Source of the DNA: Candidatus Spongiisociaceae bacterium
Lineage (GTDB): Bacteria > Actinomycetota > Acidimicrobiia > Spongiisociales > Spongiisociaceae
Length of the DNA: 64,000 nt
Reading direction: 5' to 3'
Assembly (NCBI GenBank): GCA_965262915.1
Contig: OZ253564.1
Span: 4,768,001-4,832,000 of the forward strand
Positions 50,286 through 60,679 of this stretch are shown in pieces (positions within the stretch are counted from its first letter, which is position 1; each line of letters starts with the position of its first letter). A model generated the notes under the pieces. It ran no database searches. It was not told the origin of the DNA and saw only the letters and a list, made by a program, of their open reading frames with translations. Made by a program: the position numbers and the translations under genes.

Positions 50286-50367
50286 GAGAGGGGCTGGTCG
50301 CGGGAAGAAGCAGTCAGACGGTCACACCGGTGAAAGGTCATCCAGTCGTGCGCATCAGCTAGGAGGT

Positions 50368-50682
50368 TCACAGGTACGAGTTCTCGCCGGTGGGCGAGTC
50401 GTCCTGCTCCTCAGCAATGATCTGCGACTCCCGGACGGCCACCGCTACCCGCCCGCTCTCCGGCCACAGGAAACGCCACGCCCCGGTGGGAACCGCCCAG
50501 AACCGGAGACCGGTGTGGATATCCACCAGCGACAACGCATCGTTGGTCGATTCGGTCCCGGCGGGGACCAGCAACCCCGATCGCGTGGCGGATTCCTCCA
50601 TGAGATGCCCCACCCGCCATCCGGGCAGGATCCGGTAGCCGTTGGCATCGCGGTGTTCGTTCTTAGTGGCAGCCATACTCAC
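50368..50682 (-). CDS. hypothetical protein
   Basis: 104-aa ORF with protein-like composition, co-oriented with hflX; no family recognised. Confidence 0.5.
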   Translation of the reverse strand: MSMAATKNEHRDANGYRILPGWRVGHLMEESATRSGLLVPAGTESTNDALSLVDIHTGLRFWAVPTGAWRFLWPESGRVAVAVRESQIIAEEQDDSPTGENSYL

Positions 50683-50891
50683 CTGGGTTCGGTCGCCTGA
50701 GGGTAGTCGCGTCGGCGGCCGGCTCAGAAGGGCTCAACCGCTCACCGGGCCGGCCCCGGGAGCGTAGCCTCGATATGCGGGAGGCGATCCGCGATCTGCC
50801 CTTCGAGGCGCACCCGCAATTCATCACCGCAGACCATATGCTTTCCCCGACCGTCTGGTACGCGCGGGGGAAGGGAAGTAACCTCCGAGGC

Positions 50892-50983
50892 GGAGGCGAA
50901 CGAGCGCCTGGTGGGCTCCCTGGTCTTCAAAACCAGTGGGGGTACGAGAGTGCCCCGGCGGGTTCGATTCCCGTCCGCCTCCG
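50892..50983 (+). tRNA. selC: tRNA-Sec (anticodon TCA at 50927-50929)
   Basis: GGAGGCG/CGCCTCC acceptor, CTGGT-CTTCAAA-ACCAG anticodon arm, long variable arm, GGTTCGATTCC T-loop; CCA not encoded. Confidence 0.95.
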
Positions 50984-51039
50984 CTAACGATAGAAGTATT
51001 TCCCCTAGTAGATACCAGTTTATTGGGTTCTGCTCACTG

Positions 51040-51377
51040 GTTCGGTTACTGGTGGCGACTGGCGCATTCCTGGGCGAGTTGGGAGACCCTCCACTCGGGC
51101 CGCCGACCCGAAGGATGCGCCGGCCTTTACACGCGACGAGAAGGCCCGACTGCGGGCGTTGATGCCCAAGGCCCTGACCTCGGCCCCGCGAAAGAGCCAT
51201 GCACCCTTTCTCCGCCGAAACATCGTGTCGGCCACAACTGTGCCAAGCGGCCCGAGCACGTGGGTTGCGGGAGGATAGCTCGGTCGCCCATCCTCCTCGG
51301 GCGCCTTCCAAGCCACCGTCATCAACCCGTCCCCGGCCTGCCAAACAAACGAGACACCCGCCCAGTAATCACCGAAC
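51040..51377. ncRNA. candidate ~340-nt rod-like structured RNA
   Basis: Nested long-range stems listed in findings; no convincing ORF. Confidence 0.45.
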
Positions 51378-51571
51378 GCCGTACCCTGATCACATCCAGC
51401 CTCATCATCCTGTTATCACCACCGCGGATCAGCAAATACTGGGGTTCTTTCGTGTTCGTAAACGTCTCGGCTCTCAGACCAGGAGGCCCCCGCCTGTTCA
51501 AGGACAAACCGCGCCCCGACCGCCGCCGGGGTGTTCACATGACCAGCTCCCTGACCGGCTACCGTGGGGGC

Positions 51572-51979
51572 ATGGCATCCGGATTGGCGGACGATCCGTC
51601 CCGCTTGGTGGTGACCGGCTCGGTCGACGACCCGGGACGTTACGACCTGGAGGATCTTCGGCGCCTGGGAGAGCGCCACGGCGACCTCGGGGACGTAGTG
51701 GTGCGGCTGGGGAATGTGATCGGGAAGGCCCGACCGACGACGGACGCCACGCACGTGTCCGCGGTGAGCGCCGACGGCTCCTACTCGGCCTCCATCCCGC
51801 TCCCGGAAGCGATCGCGAAGGGTGAACTTCATGTGGCGGGTGCATCCGGAGGGAATGCCGCTATCCGGCTCCTGGTGCCCGGTGGCATGACCCTGTGTTG
51901 GAATGTCAAAGGGCTCGGTCGGCTCCGGGTCACCGGGGGACCGGAACCGGATAGCCTCCCGGAGGTCCTGACCCACTGA
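51572..51979 (+). CDS. small molybdopterin-oxidoreductase-like domain protein
   Basis: LVVTGSV, SADGSYSASIPL, IRLLVPG..CWNVKGL. Confidence 0.6.
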   Translation: MASGLADDPSRLVVTGSVDDPGRYDLEDLRRLGERHGDLGDVVVRLGNVIGKARPTTDATHVSAVSADGSYSASIPLPEAIAKGELHVAGASGGNAAIRLLVPGGMTLCWNVKGLGRLRVTGGPEPDSLPEVLTH

Positions 51980-52671
51980 TGGCCGAAGACGGGGGGATCG
52001 CCTTCGGCCGCCTCTTCTCCCAGCGACGAGCGGAACTCGACCTGTCGGTGGTGGACATCGCGGTGCAGACCGGGCGACCGATCGAAGTGGTGGTCGGCTG
52101 GGATCGGGGTACGGCGGTTCCCGACAGCGATGACCTCGCCAAGGTGGCCCAAACCCTCAGGCTCCCGAAGCCTCTGCTGGAAGAGGCGCAGAGGAGGGCT
52201 GTCGCGTACCGGAAGGTCAACCCTCCTCTCGACTCCCTCCCGGACGCGGCGTCATACCGCGAGGAACTGCCGGCCCTGGTGACCAAGCCGGGTGCCGAGC
52301 CGGCTCCTGCGACGATCACCGAGTCCTCGATTCCGCCTGCCGACGCAGCGACCGCTTTCACGTCGAGCGCCATATCGACCGCGTCCGCAGTCGCGTCCAC
52401 CGTGGCCGGCGCTCTGTCGAATGTCCTGAGCGCCGCGTCCGACATGGTCGGCGACATACGAGGGGCCATGAGCCGGAGGCGCCGCCTAGCCCGGGCGCCG
52501 ATCGCGCACCCGTCATACGTGGAGGACCGCGACCAGCTCATCACCTACCGGCTGCGCCTAGTGTTCACCGCTGCCGGAGTGGCAGCCCTGGTTCTGATCC
52601 TCCGCTGGTCCCTCGGCGGGCTCGGCTCGGCCATCGCCGACCTGTGGGAGGCGCTGAGCGGGGCACTGTAG
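51979..52671 (+). CDS. XRE-type HTH protein with C-terminal TM helix
   Basis: FGRLFSQRRAELDLS...WDRGTAVP; hydrophobic C-terminus. Confidence 0.7.
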   Translation: MAEDGGIAFGRLFSQRRAELDLSVVDIAVQTGRPIEVVVGWDRGTAVPDSDDLAKVAQTLRLPKPLLEEAQRRAVAYRKVNPPLDSLPDAASYREELPALVTKPGAEPAPATITESSIPPADAATAFTSSAISTASAVASTVAGALSNVLSAASDMVGDIRGAMSRRRRLARAPIAHPSYVEDRDQLITYRLRLVFTAAGVAALVLILRWSLGGLGSAIADLWEALSGAL

Positions 52672-52742
52672 CTGGAGGAGTTACGAACCTGTCCCGAAAC
52701 ACGGCTAGAGTCACACCTACCAGAGAAAGGAGGTGGTCCGGC

Positions 52743-52787
52743 TTGTTAGACAGTTCATGTAGGACTCTGGAGGTGGCCGAGCGCTAG
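52743..52787 (+). CDS. 14-aa small ORF MLDSSCRTLEVAER heading a structured RNA
   Basis: Perfect SD AAGGAGGT (52727-34) 8 nt before TTG. Confidence 0.5.
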   Translation: MLDSSCRTLEVAER

Positions 52788-52964
52788 CGGTCACGGGTCG
52801 CTTCCGAAAACCCCTCCCGGACGGAGCGGGTTTTCGGGCAGGTGGCGACTCCGACTCGGACCACCGAGTCTTCCCGTCCGCATGTTGGTCCTCATGCGGC
52901 ATCGGTGAGGGGAACAGAAACCCACCGATGAAGTACGGGTCGGCAGCTATCCATATCGAGTGTC

Positions 52965-52994
52965 GTCGGGGGCCCCGTTAGTGGGGCCCCCGAC
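52965..52994. terminator. 12-bp GC hairpin between convergent units
   Basis: GTCGGGGGCCCC / GGGGCCCCCGAC. Confidence 0.7.
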
Positions 52995-53060
52995 CCGTGT
53001 GCCTGCCTTGGTGCCCGTACAGGTATGTAATGGACCCCACCGCCGGCCGGCTCTCGGCCC

Positions 53061-54008
53061 CTATCCCAAGCCGTGCTCGGCCAGCCACTCCTCGTTCCAG
53101 ATCTTCGACAGGTAGCCGCGCCCCGAATCCGGCAGCAGCACCACGACCAGCTTCCCGGTGTCCTCGGCGGCCACCTCAGCGGCGGCGTGGACGGCCATCC
53201 CTCCCGAACCCCCCACCAGAAGCCCTTCCGAACGAGCCACGCGGCGCGCCATGTCGAAAGACTGCCGGTCGTCGACCATGACGTAGCGGTCGACCACCTC
53301 CCGGTCGAGGGTCTCGGGCCAGAAGTCCTCCCCCACGCCCTCCACCCTGTACTGGTGGATCTCGTCCTCGCAGGCAGCCGAGTAGATCGACCCTTCGGGA
53401 TCGGCCCCCACCAACTCCACCGCCGGCTTCCTCTCTCGCAGGTACCGGCCCACGCCCGTTATCGTGCCGCCCGTCCCCACCCCGGCCACGAAAACGTCGA
53501 TCTCACCCCCGGTCTGCTCCCAGATCTCCGGGCCGGTGGTCAGGTAGTGTGCTTCGGGATTGAAACGGTTCGAGTACTGATCGGGATTGTAGGCCCCCTC
53601 GATCTCGGCGGTCAGGCGCCGGGCCACGCCGTAGTAGGAGTCCTCGTCCTCGGGAAGGAGTTCGGTGGGAGTGACTATGACCTCCGCTCCGTAGGCCCTG
53701 AGGAGGTCGATCTTCTCGGGCGCAACCTTGTCCGGAACCGTGCAGATCACCCGGTACCCCCGCACCGCCCCCACCATGGCGAGGCCCGCACCGGTATTGC
53801 CCGAGGTGGGCTCCACGATCGTCCCGCCGTCGCTCAGCAGACCCATCTGCTCGGCCCGCTCGATCATGTTCACCGCAATGCGCTCCTTGACGGATCCCGC
53901 CGGGTTCATGAAGTCGACCTTGGCGACCAGATTCCCGGGAACGTGGAGGCGCGAGAGACGGACCAGGGGCGTACCTCCTACCGCCTCGAGGGCACTGTCG
54001 CGTATCAC
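53061..54008 (-). CDS. PLP-dependent cysteine synthase/cystathionine beta-synthase (no CBS domains)
   Basis: NPAGSVKERI, EPTSGNTG, GVGTGGT, VEGVGEDF, PDSGRGYLSK. Confidence 0.92.
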   Translation of the reverse strand: MIRDSALEAVGGTPLVRLSRLHVPGNLVAKVDFMNPAGSVKERIAVNMIERAEQMGLLSDGGTIVEPTSGNTGAGLAMVGAVRGYRVICTVPDKVAPEKIDLLRAYGAEVIVTPTELLPEDEDSYYGVARRLTAEIEGAYNPDQYSNRFNPEAHYLTTGPEIWEQTGGEIDVFVAGVGTGGTITGVGRYLRERKPAVELVGADPEGSIYSAACEDEIHQYRVEGVGEDFWPETLDREVVDRYVMVDDRQSFDMARRVARSEGLLVGGSGGMAVHAAAEVAAEDTGKLVVVLLPDSGRGYLSKIWNEEWLAEHGLG

Positions 54009-54051
54009 GGGCGGAGATTGTGGTGCCGGGTGCCAGCGACCGGACAGGGGT

Positions 54052-56070
54052 TCACAGCAGGGCCATCATCTCGTCGTAGGAAGCTGCGGGAGTCTGGCAG
54101 ACGCCTCGCTCGCAGACGTAGGCCAGGGTCTGCCCCTCCCTGTGCCGGTCCGCCAGGAGCGGAACCCTGCTGTCCGGCCCGGGCGATGGCGCCACGACGA
54201 TGTTCGGTCGGTAGGTCGAAGCGAGCATCCCCGCCCACTCCAGTGAGGCGGGACCTGTGAGCGCCACCTCCCGGTAGCCCATCTGGGAGGTCGCCAGGAC
54301 GGCCAGCAGGTGCCCGGCCGCGCTGGGAGCGGCCGCCACCAGCCGGTCCGCGGACCGGACGATCTGCTCGTACCGATCGTGGTAGGAGTAGTCCCCGGTC
54401 AGGTGGCCGATTGCCAGGTAGCACTCGGCGGCGAGCGATGCTCCCGAGGCGCTCGGATTGTCCTGCTGGTCGGGGGGACGCACGACGAGGTGGGAGGCAT
54501 CGGCGGAGCTGGCGAACACCACTCCCTCGGGACCGCCGAAGTGGCTCTCGAGCAGGTCGACGAGGTCTCGGGCTTCCTCGAACCACTCCGCCTCCCCGGT
54601 GGCCTGGTACAGCTCGATGAGCCCGAGCGCATAGGAGGCGTGGTCCTCGAGAAAGCCGGCCACCGGCGACAACCCGTTACTCCAGGTGCGGGCCAGGCGC
54701 CCGTCCGGGCGGCGCATCTCCCCCAACACGAACCCGGCGTTGGCCCGGGCCGCGTCGAGGTAACGGCCGTCGCCCAGCACCGAACCGGCCACGGCCAGCG
54801 CCCGTAGCGCGAGGCCGTTCCACACCGTGATGATCTTGTCGTCCAGACCGGGCCGGATCCTCGCTTCCCGCCGTACCAGGAGTCGGGCCTTGGCCCTCCC
54901 GATGGCCGCGGCGGCCTCCTCGGCCGACATCCCGAAGCGCTCACCCACCACCTCGACCGGAAGGGCTTCGTGAAACACGTTGGCGCCCTCGAAGTTCCCG
55001 CCGGGTGTCACACCGAAGTAGGCAGCCGCCGCCGGGCCGTCGTCCGGTCCCACCACCTCGTGGAACTCGGCGTCGTCGAAGACGTAGAACTTGCCCTCCA
55101 CCCCCTCCGAGTCGGCGTCCTCGGCGGCGAAGAACCCGCCCCCGGGGTGCGATAGGTCCCCCATGATGTAATCGAGGGTCTCGATCGCCACGCGGTGGTA
55201 GAGCGGGTCACCGGTCAGCTGTCCGGCCCGGAGATACAGCCGGGCCAGGTCGGCGTTGTCGTAGAGCATCTTCTCGAAGTGGGGCACCAGCCAGATCCGG
55301 TCGACGGAGTAGCGGGCGAACCCCCCTCCCAGGTGATCCCTGATCCCGCCGTGAGCCATCCGGGTGAGGGTCGTGGTGAGCATGGTGCCCGCATCAGGCG
55401 CCCAGGGCTGCCCGGCGACGCGAGTGAGGAACTCGAGGACCGGCGCCTGGGGGAACTTGGGCGCCCCGCCGAGACCTCCGTACTGCGGGTCGAAGTGCTG
55501 CCCTAGCGCTTGGTAGGCCTGGGCCACCCGTCCGGGGTCAGGAAGGTCGTCGGCGGGGGGCAGCGGCACCCCGATGGCGCGGGTCAGCTCCCCCGCCTGG
55601 GTTTGGACATCCGCCCGGCGGTTCTGCCACGCATGGCGGATCGCCTCCAGCACCCGCCGGAAGCTCGGCATGCCGTGGCGGTCCACATCGGGGAAGTAGG
55701 TACCGGCGAAGAAGGGCCTTCCCTCCGGAGTGAGGAACACCGTCATCGGCCACCCTCCCCGCCCCGTCATCGTGTTGACCGCATCCATGTAGATCGAGTC
55801 CACGTCGGGCCGTTCCTCACGGTCGACCTTCACCGAGACGAAGTGGCGGTTCATGAACGCGGCGGTCTCCTGGTCGTGAAACGACTCCCGCTCCATCACA
55901 TGGCACCAGTGACAGGTCGAGTACCCGACGGAGAGCAGGATGGGCCGATCGGACCGTGTGGCCGCGGCGAATGCCTCCTCGCCCCACGGGTACCAGTCGA
56001 CCGGGTTGTCCCGGTGTTGGCGGAGGTAGGGCGAGAGGCCCCGCAGGCCGAGGTCTCTCAGAAGTGGCAT
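54052..56070 (-). CDS. YyaL/SPATA20-like thioredoxin-domain protein (DUF255)
   Basis: [52 protein letters not shown]. Confidence 0.93.
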   Translation of the reverse strand: MPLLRDLGLRGLSPYLRQHRDNPVDWYPWGEEAFAAATRSDRPILLSVGYSTCHWCHVMERESFHDQETAAFMNRHFVSVKVDREERPDVDSIYMDAVNTMTGRGGWPMTVFLTPEGRPFFAGTYFPDVDRHGMPSFRRVLEAIRHAWQNRRADVQTQAGELTRAIGVPLPPADDLPDPGRVAQAYQALGQHFDPQYGGLGGAPKFPQAPVLEFLTRVAGQPWAPDAGTMLTTTLTRMAHGGIRDHLGGGFARYSVDRIWLVPHFEKMLYDNADLARLYLRAGQLTGDPLYHRVAIETLDYIMGDLSHPGGGFFAAEDADSEGVEGKFYVFDDAEFHEVVGPDDGPAAAAYFGVTPGGNFEGANVFHEALPVEVVGERFGMSAEEAAAAIGRAKARLLVRREARIRPGLDDKIITVWNGLALRALAVAGSVLGDGRYLDAARANAGFVLGEMRRPDGRLARTWSNGLSPVAGFLEDHASYALGLIELYQATGEAEWFEEARDLVDLLESHFGGPEGVVFASSADASHLVVRPPDQQDNPSASGASLAAECYLAIGHLTGDYSYHDRYEQIVRSADRLVAAAPSAAGHLLAVLATSQMGYREVALTGPASLEWAGMLASTYRPNIVVAPSPGPDSRVPLLADRHREGQTLAYVCERGVCQTPAASYDEMMALL

Positions 56071-56524
56071 GGCAGGGCTGGCGTAGGGCGGATGGGTTCC
56101 TCGCGTTCGACCGGGCAATGATACGTAGATGGGCCCACTGAGGCCATATCCGGATCGGGACCGGCTCTCAGCACCTTCCTAGAAATCCGGGAACAAAACT
56201 TGAGAAAAGGGGGTTTAGCAAAGAGACCTGAGTCTGGCATAGTTAGATTAGACATGTCGGCAGGGTGATCGTCGTCAGCACCGTCTCCCCGGGCTTTGCG
56301 CTCGGGAAGACGGGTAGAGTTCGATTACCGGGAGGCCCTGTGTGACAGGCCGGTCGGGGTACGCGTGATGACGTGCGACTGCCCGATCAAGATACGACTG
56401 TGGTTTCCGGCAGTACTAGAGGAGAGTGCCCCTCGGTATCCGGAAGGGGACGGCGGGCATCCGAAACGGCCACGGGAACGGTGGCCTAGGCAACATCGGC
56501 ACGCAATACGTGGAGGAACCCCGC

Positions 56525-57595
56525 ATGGTGGTTGCCAACCGGACTCGGAAGAAGCCCATTCGGAAGAAGGCCGTTCGGAAGAAGCCCGTTCGGAAGAAGG
56601 CCGTTCGGAAGAAGGCCATATCGGCGGCAGAAGCTCGAACCCGGCGGGAACGTGAGCGGAATCGCAGCAAGCTCACCGACGAGCGAGGCCGGCTGACCAC
56701 CGATCTGGTCAGCCAGTATCTCGCCGCCATCGGGGAATACGACCTGCTCACCGCCGAGCAGGAAGTGGAGCTCGCCCAGAAGATCGAGTCCGGGCAGGAA
56801 GCAGCGGCCCGCTTGGAAGAGGGCGGCATCGATGACTTCAAGGAGCGGTTCATCCTTGAGCGCCGGAGGAACAAGGGTCGCGAAGCCAAGGACACCTTCC
56901 TCACCGCCAACCTGCGCCTTGTGGTCGCCAACGCCCGAAGGTACGCCAACACCTCCGGGATCGACTTCCTCGACCTGATCCAGGAGGGGAACCTCGGGCT
57001 GATCAGGGCCGTCGAGAAGTTCGACTGGCGGAAGGGTTTCAAGTTCTCGACCTACGCCACCTGGTGGATCCGCCAGGCCATCACCCGCGCCATCGCCGAC
57101 AAATCCCGGACCGTGCGCATCCCGGTCCACCTCCACGACACGCTGGCCGCAGTCCGGGCGGCCCAGGCCAGCCTGAAGGCCGAGCTGGGCAGGGACCCGA
57201 AGCCGGCCGAGATCGCCGAGGAGGCGGGCGTCACCCTCGACAAGGTGGAACTGGCGCTGAGCGTCTCGGATGCGGCTTCTCTCGAGAAGCCGGTCGGCGA
57301 GGACGGCGCCCAGCTCGGGGACTTCATCGAGGACCAGGACGCCGCCGACCCGGTCCGCATCACCGAGGAACTGGACGTGTCCGAGTGCCTGCGACGCTCC
57401 ATCGATCGTCTCCCCCACCGGGAGGGACGGATCCTCGCCCTGCGGTACGGCTTCCTCGACGGCGTACCGCGAACGCTGGAGGAGATCGGGGAGGAGTTCA
57501 ACCTGACCCGCGAGCGCATCCGCCAACTCGAGAAGCTCGCCCTCTGCCGGCTCCGCCACCCCTCCTTCGGGATACGCGAACAGGACCTGATCTGA
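56525..57595 (+). CDS. RpoD/SigB-like sigma-70 factor
   Basis: [54 protein letters not shown]. Confidence 0.94.
   Translation: MVVANRTRKKPIRKKAVRKKPVRKKAVRKKAISAAEARTRRERERNRSKLTDERGRLTTDLVSQYLAAIGEYDLLTAEQEVELAQKIESGQEAAARLEEGGIDDFKERFILERRRNKGREAKDTFLTANLRLVVANARRYANTSGIDFLDLIQEGNLGLIRAVEKFDWRKGFKFSTYATWWIRQAITRAIADKSRTVRIPVHLHDTLAAVRAAQASLKAELGRDPKPAEIAEEAGVTLDKVELALSVSDAASLEKPVGEDGAQLGDFIEDQDAADPVRITEELDVSECLRRSIDRLPHREGRILALRYGFLDGVPRTLEEIGEEFNLTRERIRQLEKLALCRLRHPSFGIREQDLI
56546..56620 (+). repeat. 15-bp coding tandem repeat x5 (RKK[PA][IV])
   Basis: CGGAAGAAG(C/G)CC(A/G)T(T/A) units. Confidence 0.9.
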
Positions 57596-57709
57596 CAGGC
57601 ACCGCTCCGCAGCGGTCGGTCAGCATCTGATCGGGGTTGCGAACAAAGGGGTTGACACCGCCGAGCAAGTAGTGCATCTTGAGTGCATCTTGGTAGTCCG
57701 GGAACGGCC

Positions 57710-57745
57710 GTCGCACAGCACTCCAGGGCGGGTGAGGATTGAAAC
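57710..57745 (+). repeat. solitary CRISPR-like repeat (type I style, ATTGAAAC end)
   Basis: GTCGCACAGCACTCCAGGGCGGGTGAGGATTGAAAC, 36 nt; no array or cas gene in the window. Confidence 0.45.
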
Positions 57746-57940
57746 GCGTCGGGGAGCGCCGTGTCGTGTACGGAGCTCGCCTTCGGCTCGGACGGCGACG
57801 ATCCCGGACAGGCAACAATCGACGACCAAGCCGTATCCCGCCTTCACCGATGTGTCGTCGGGGGGTGATTCATGAGCGGAATAGACCGTCGGCATCCTTG
57901 AGGTACAACAAATCCTTAAGGTGCAACGAAAGGAGATCCT

Positions 57941-58189
57941 GTGACCGTGCCGACCTTCGACACACATGCCGCCGTTCGGAAGCTACGCTCCGCGGGGATG
58001 GAGGAGCAGACCGCCGAGAGTGTCGTAGAGATAGTCGACAATGCCACGAACCCGCTGGTGACGGGCTATATGCTCAAGACGGAACTGGCCGGGCTCCGGG
58101 CTGACATGTACCGAGCGCTGTGGATACAGGGTGTGGGTATCGTGGCGGTCGTGGGCGGGATCGTCGGGATCGCGGAGGTCATCAACTGA
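57941..58189 (+). CDS. small DUF1640/CCDC90-like protein
   Basis: TFDTHAAVRKLRSAGMEEQ...LRADMYRALWIQGVGIVAVVGG; AAGGAG RBS. Confidence 0.78.
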   Translation: MTVPTFDTHAAVRKLRSAGMEEQTAESVVEIVDNATNPLVTGYMLKTELAGLRADMYRALWIQGVGIVAVVGGIVGIAEVIN

Positions 58190-58253
58190 AGCACGATCCG
58201 AGATCGGGGAGAAGGCAACACGCGGTGCTTCCTCGACCGGTCAGGCGCGCCGG

Positions 58254-59579
58254 TCATACTTCGTAAACGTCACCTTCGGGATAGAACGCGCCCCATACGA
58301 ACCAGAACTCGTTGCGGTGGACGGCGATCCGGAGGCGGGTCCCCGCCAGCGGGCCGCTGACCGCCTCGCCCATGAGGGTCCACTCCGACGAGGTCTCGTT
58401 ATCGCGGAACAGGTCCCCTTCCCTGGTGAAGGTGAGTTCCCGGCCGTCCACCTCGCGCACGTATGCCACACCGGTCCCGATCGACCTCCCCTCGCTCACC
58501 TGCCGGGCGTCGAGCGCGTCGGCGGTGTCACCGCCCCAGAACACGGCTACCTTGACCCCACCCACCGAGTCGTTGACCGCCCCGACCTCGGAGATCGCCG
58601 GGAAGGGGTAGGCGGTGGCCGCCCCGCCCTCGGTGACACCCACCACCCGCTCCAGCGCACGGTATCGGGGATCGATCTCCCCGGTGTAGAACGGGTAGGG
58701 CGCCGACCGCGTCGAGTAGCCCACGTAAGGGTTGGAGCCGTACGGGATGGGGGCCCCGCTCGCGCGGGAGAGGGAGACCCCGTCGGGATAGGAGGCGGCG
58801 AACTCGCCGAAGGCCACGATGGCGGTGGGTACAGGAGCCAACACCGTGCCGGTGGCGCTCCCGACAATGGCCTCCCCGGTCACCTGCTGCCACAGGGAAA
58901 CGGAAACGTCGTCCCACATGACCAGGTCCGAGTTGCGGAGCAGGCCCGACACACCGAAGCGAAGCACCCTGCCGTCCACCCTGCGGTCGAACGCTAACGC
59001 CGTGTTGCACAAGGGGCAGTAGGTGACCGCGACCGGGATCCCCCCGATCTCGTCGTTGACTATCTCATGGCGGTGCAGGATGCTCAACGGGTAGAACCGG
59101 GCCTCCCCGCCCAGCAGAACCAGCGCACCCGGAACACGGGCTTCGAGCCATCCGGACGCGGCCGCCACCGGCTCGAACACCGGGTGGTCGATCGGCGGTA
59201 TGGCGTCACGGGGATCCATCATCTGGATACCCAACAGGAGCTCCCCGAGGTCGATGGAGCTCATCGCCCAGTCGGTAGGCCAGGCTTCCGTTACCTGCTT
59301 CACCAGCGGGTCCAGTTGCTCGGCGGGATCACGATGGGCGACCGTTGTGGTCGTGATCGTCGTGGCCACCGCGGTGATGCTCGGCGGATCTTCTGTGGTG
59401 GCTACCGGCCTGCTTGCCGGTTGCGAAGGCGGCGCAGCGGTGGTCGTGGTGAGGGCCTCCCCACCCGTGGACTCCGGAACGGGGACCGCGGGCAGATCGG
59501 TTTCCTCGCTCTCGGACCCCCCGCAGGAGGCAGCCACGATTGCGAGCATCACGGCGGCGATCACCCAGGACCGGCGCAT
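58254..59579 (-). CDS. DUF3179-domain lipoprotein (Cys form, CPLC)
   Basis: Lipobox AASC, DAIPPID, HEIVND, TYCPLCNT, FGVSGLLRNSDLVMWD, FWFVWGAFYP. Confidence 0.88.
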   Translation of the reverse strand: MRRSWVIAAVMLAIVAASCGGSESEETDLPAVPVPESTGGEALTTTTAAPPSQPASRPVATTEDPPSITAVATTITTTTVAHRDPAEQLDPLVKQVTEAWPTDWAMSSIDLGELLLGIQMMDPRDAIPPIDHPVFEPVAAASGWLEARVPGALVLLGGEARFYPLSILHRHEIVNDEIGGIPVAVTYCPLCNTALAFDRRVDGRVLRFGVSGLLRNSDLVMWDDVSVSLWQQVTGEAIVGSATGTVLAPVPTAIVAFGEFAASYPDGVSLSRASGAPIPYGSNPYVGYSTRSAPYPFYTGEIDPRYRALERVVGVTEGGAATAYPFPAISEVGAVNDSVGGVKVAVFWGGDTADALDARQVSEGRSIGTGVAYVREVDGRELTFTREGDLFRDNETSSEWTLMGEAVSGPLAGTRLRIAVHRNEFWFVWGAFYPEGDVYEV

Positions 59580-59703
59580 GAGGAACCCCCGGTACCGAAA
59601 CTCCAGCATGATAATGCCCTCAGAATAGGCGAACCGGTGAGTTAGACGGACCGGCCCCCCCATTGGCGGGGACCGCCGGGCGAGCACGACCCGGGCCGGG
59701 CCG

Positions 59704-60567
59704 TCAACCGGGTGCCGCCAGGTAGTTGGCAGTGGCCAGATCGCCGGCCCTGAAATCGAAGACCCACGTACTACCTTTCGCCAGGGGGAGATCCGCCCTG
59801 TCTCGTATCAACGTGCGCATGGCCGCCTGCAAGATCGGGCGATGGGAGCAGAACAGACTGGTCCCGGCGGGCCGGTCCTCCACCAGCGCACGGACCTCGT
59901 CGACGCCGGCCTCTTCCCACAGCCCTCCGGTGATCTCGGGCACCAGACGCCGGGCCTCGGCCAGCGGTCCGACGGTCTCCCTGCATCGGATGGCGTGGCT
60001 GGTGAGGATGGTGTCGATGTTGAAACCCTCCAGTTGCCTGACGATCGCCTCCGCCTGGGACCTCCCCCGCTCCGACAGGGGCCGGGCCGAGTCGTCGCCC
60101 CGCCATCCGCCCCTCGCACCGGCCCGGGCATGCCGGGTGAGCAGGATACGGTCCGCCGGACCCCTCCACCCGTTCTCCAGGCAGGCCACCAACCTCCGCT
60201 CGGTGACGTACGAGACCCGATCGGCCAGCGATGCCTCCGCCACCCACCGAATCCGATCCACCTCGGCGCACGGTTCGAAGGCGACACTTTCGGCACGCAT
60301 CGCCCAGTAGTGCACCTCCTTGGGAATGCTGATCCGCTTGAAATAGGAGACGTGCCCCAGGTAGCGGCCGATGCCCGCACGCACGCCGCTCTCTTCCAGC
60401 ACTTCTCGCCGGGCACACTCCACCAGGCTCTCGCCTCGCTCTAGCTTGCCCTTGGGAAAGGTCCAATCCCCGTATTTGGGCCGGTGTACGAGAAGCACTT
60501 CGACCCCCCGCCCACGATCGCGCCAGACCACGCCACCGGCGGCAGACTCGACACGGTGATCGGTCAT
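59704..60567 (-). CDS. mutT1: NUDIX hydrolase fused to histidine phosphatase domain (MutT1-like)
   Basis: HRPKYGDWTFPKGK, ARREVLEESG, RHARAG. Confidence 0.88.
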   Translation of the reverse strand: MTDHRVESAAGGVVWRDRGRGVEVLLVHRPKYGDWTFPKGKLERGESLVECARREVLEESGVRAGIGRYLGHVSYFKRISIPKEVHYWAMRAESVAFEPCAEVDRIRWVAEASLADRVSYVTERRLVACLENGWRGPADRILLTRHARAGARGGWRGDDSARPLSERGRSQAEAIVRQLEGFNIDTILTSHAIRCRETVGPLAEARRLVPEITGGLWEEAGVDEVRALVEDRPAGTSLFCSHRPILQAAMRTLIRDRADLPLAKGSTWVFDFRAGDLATANYLAAPG

Positions 60568-60679
60568 GGTGGGGGATCGATCATTGGGTTGGTGATCTGG
60601 CCCATCCGGCAAACTAGAGAATCCGGCATCCTGTCAACCGCTCCAGGAGCACCCGCAGCTCGCACCCTGCCGAACGGCA

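Larger units (their letters stand above)
52718..52996 (+). ncRNA. candidate structured dual-function RNA
   Basis: -10 TAGAGT at 52706, four internal hairpins, terminal hairpin. Confidence 0.5.

Noticed and set aside
57710-57870. Bona fide CRISPR array
   Set aside because: Only one recognisable repeat and no cas genes; reported as a solitary repeat instead.
58254-59579. DUF3179 protein as a selenoprotein
   Set aside because: The motif is encoded as CPLC with no in-frame TGA.
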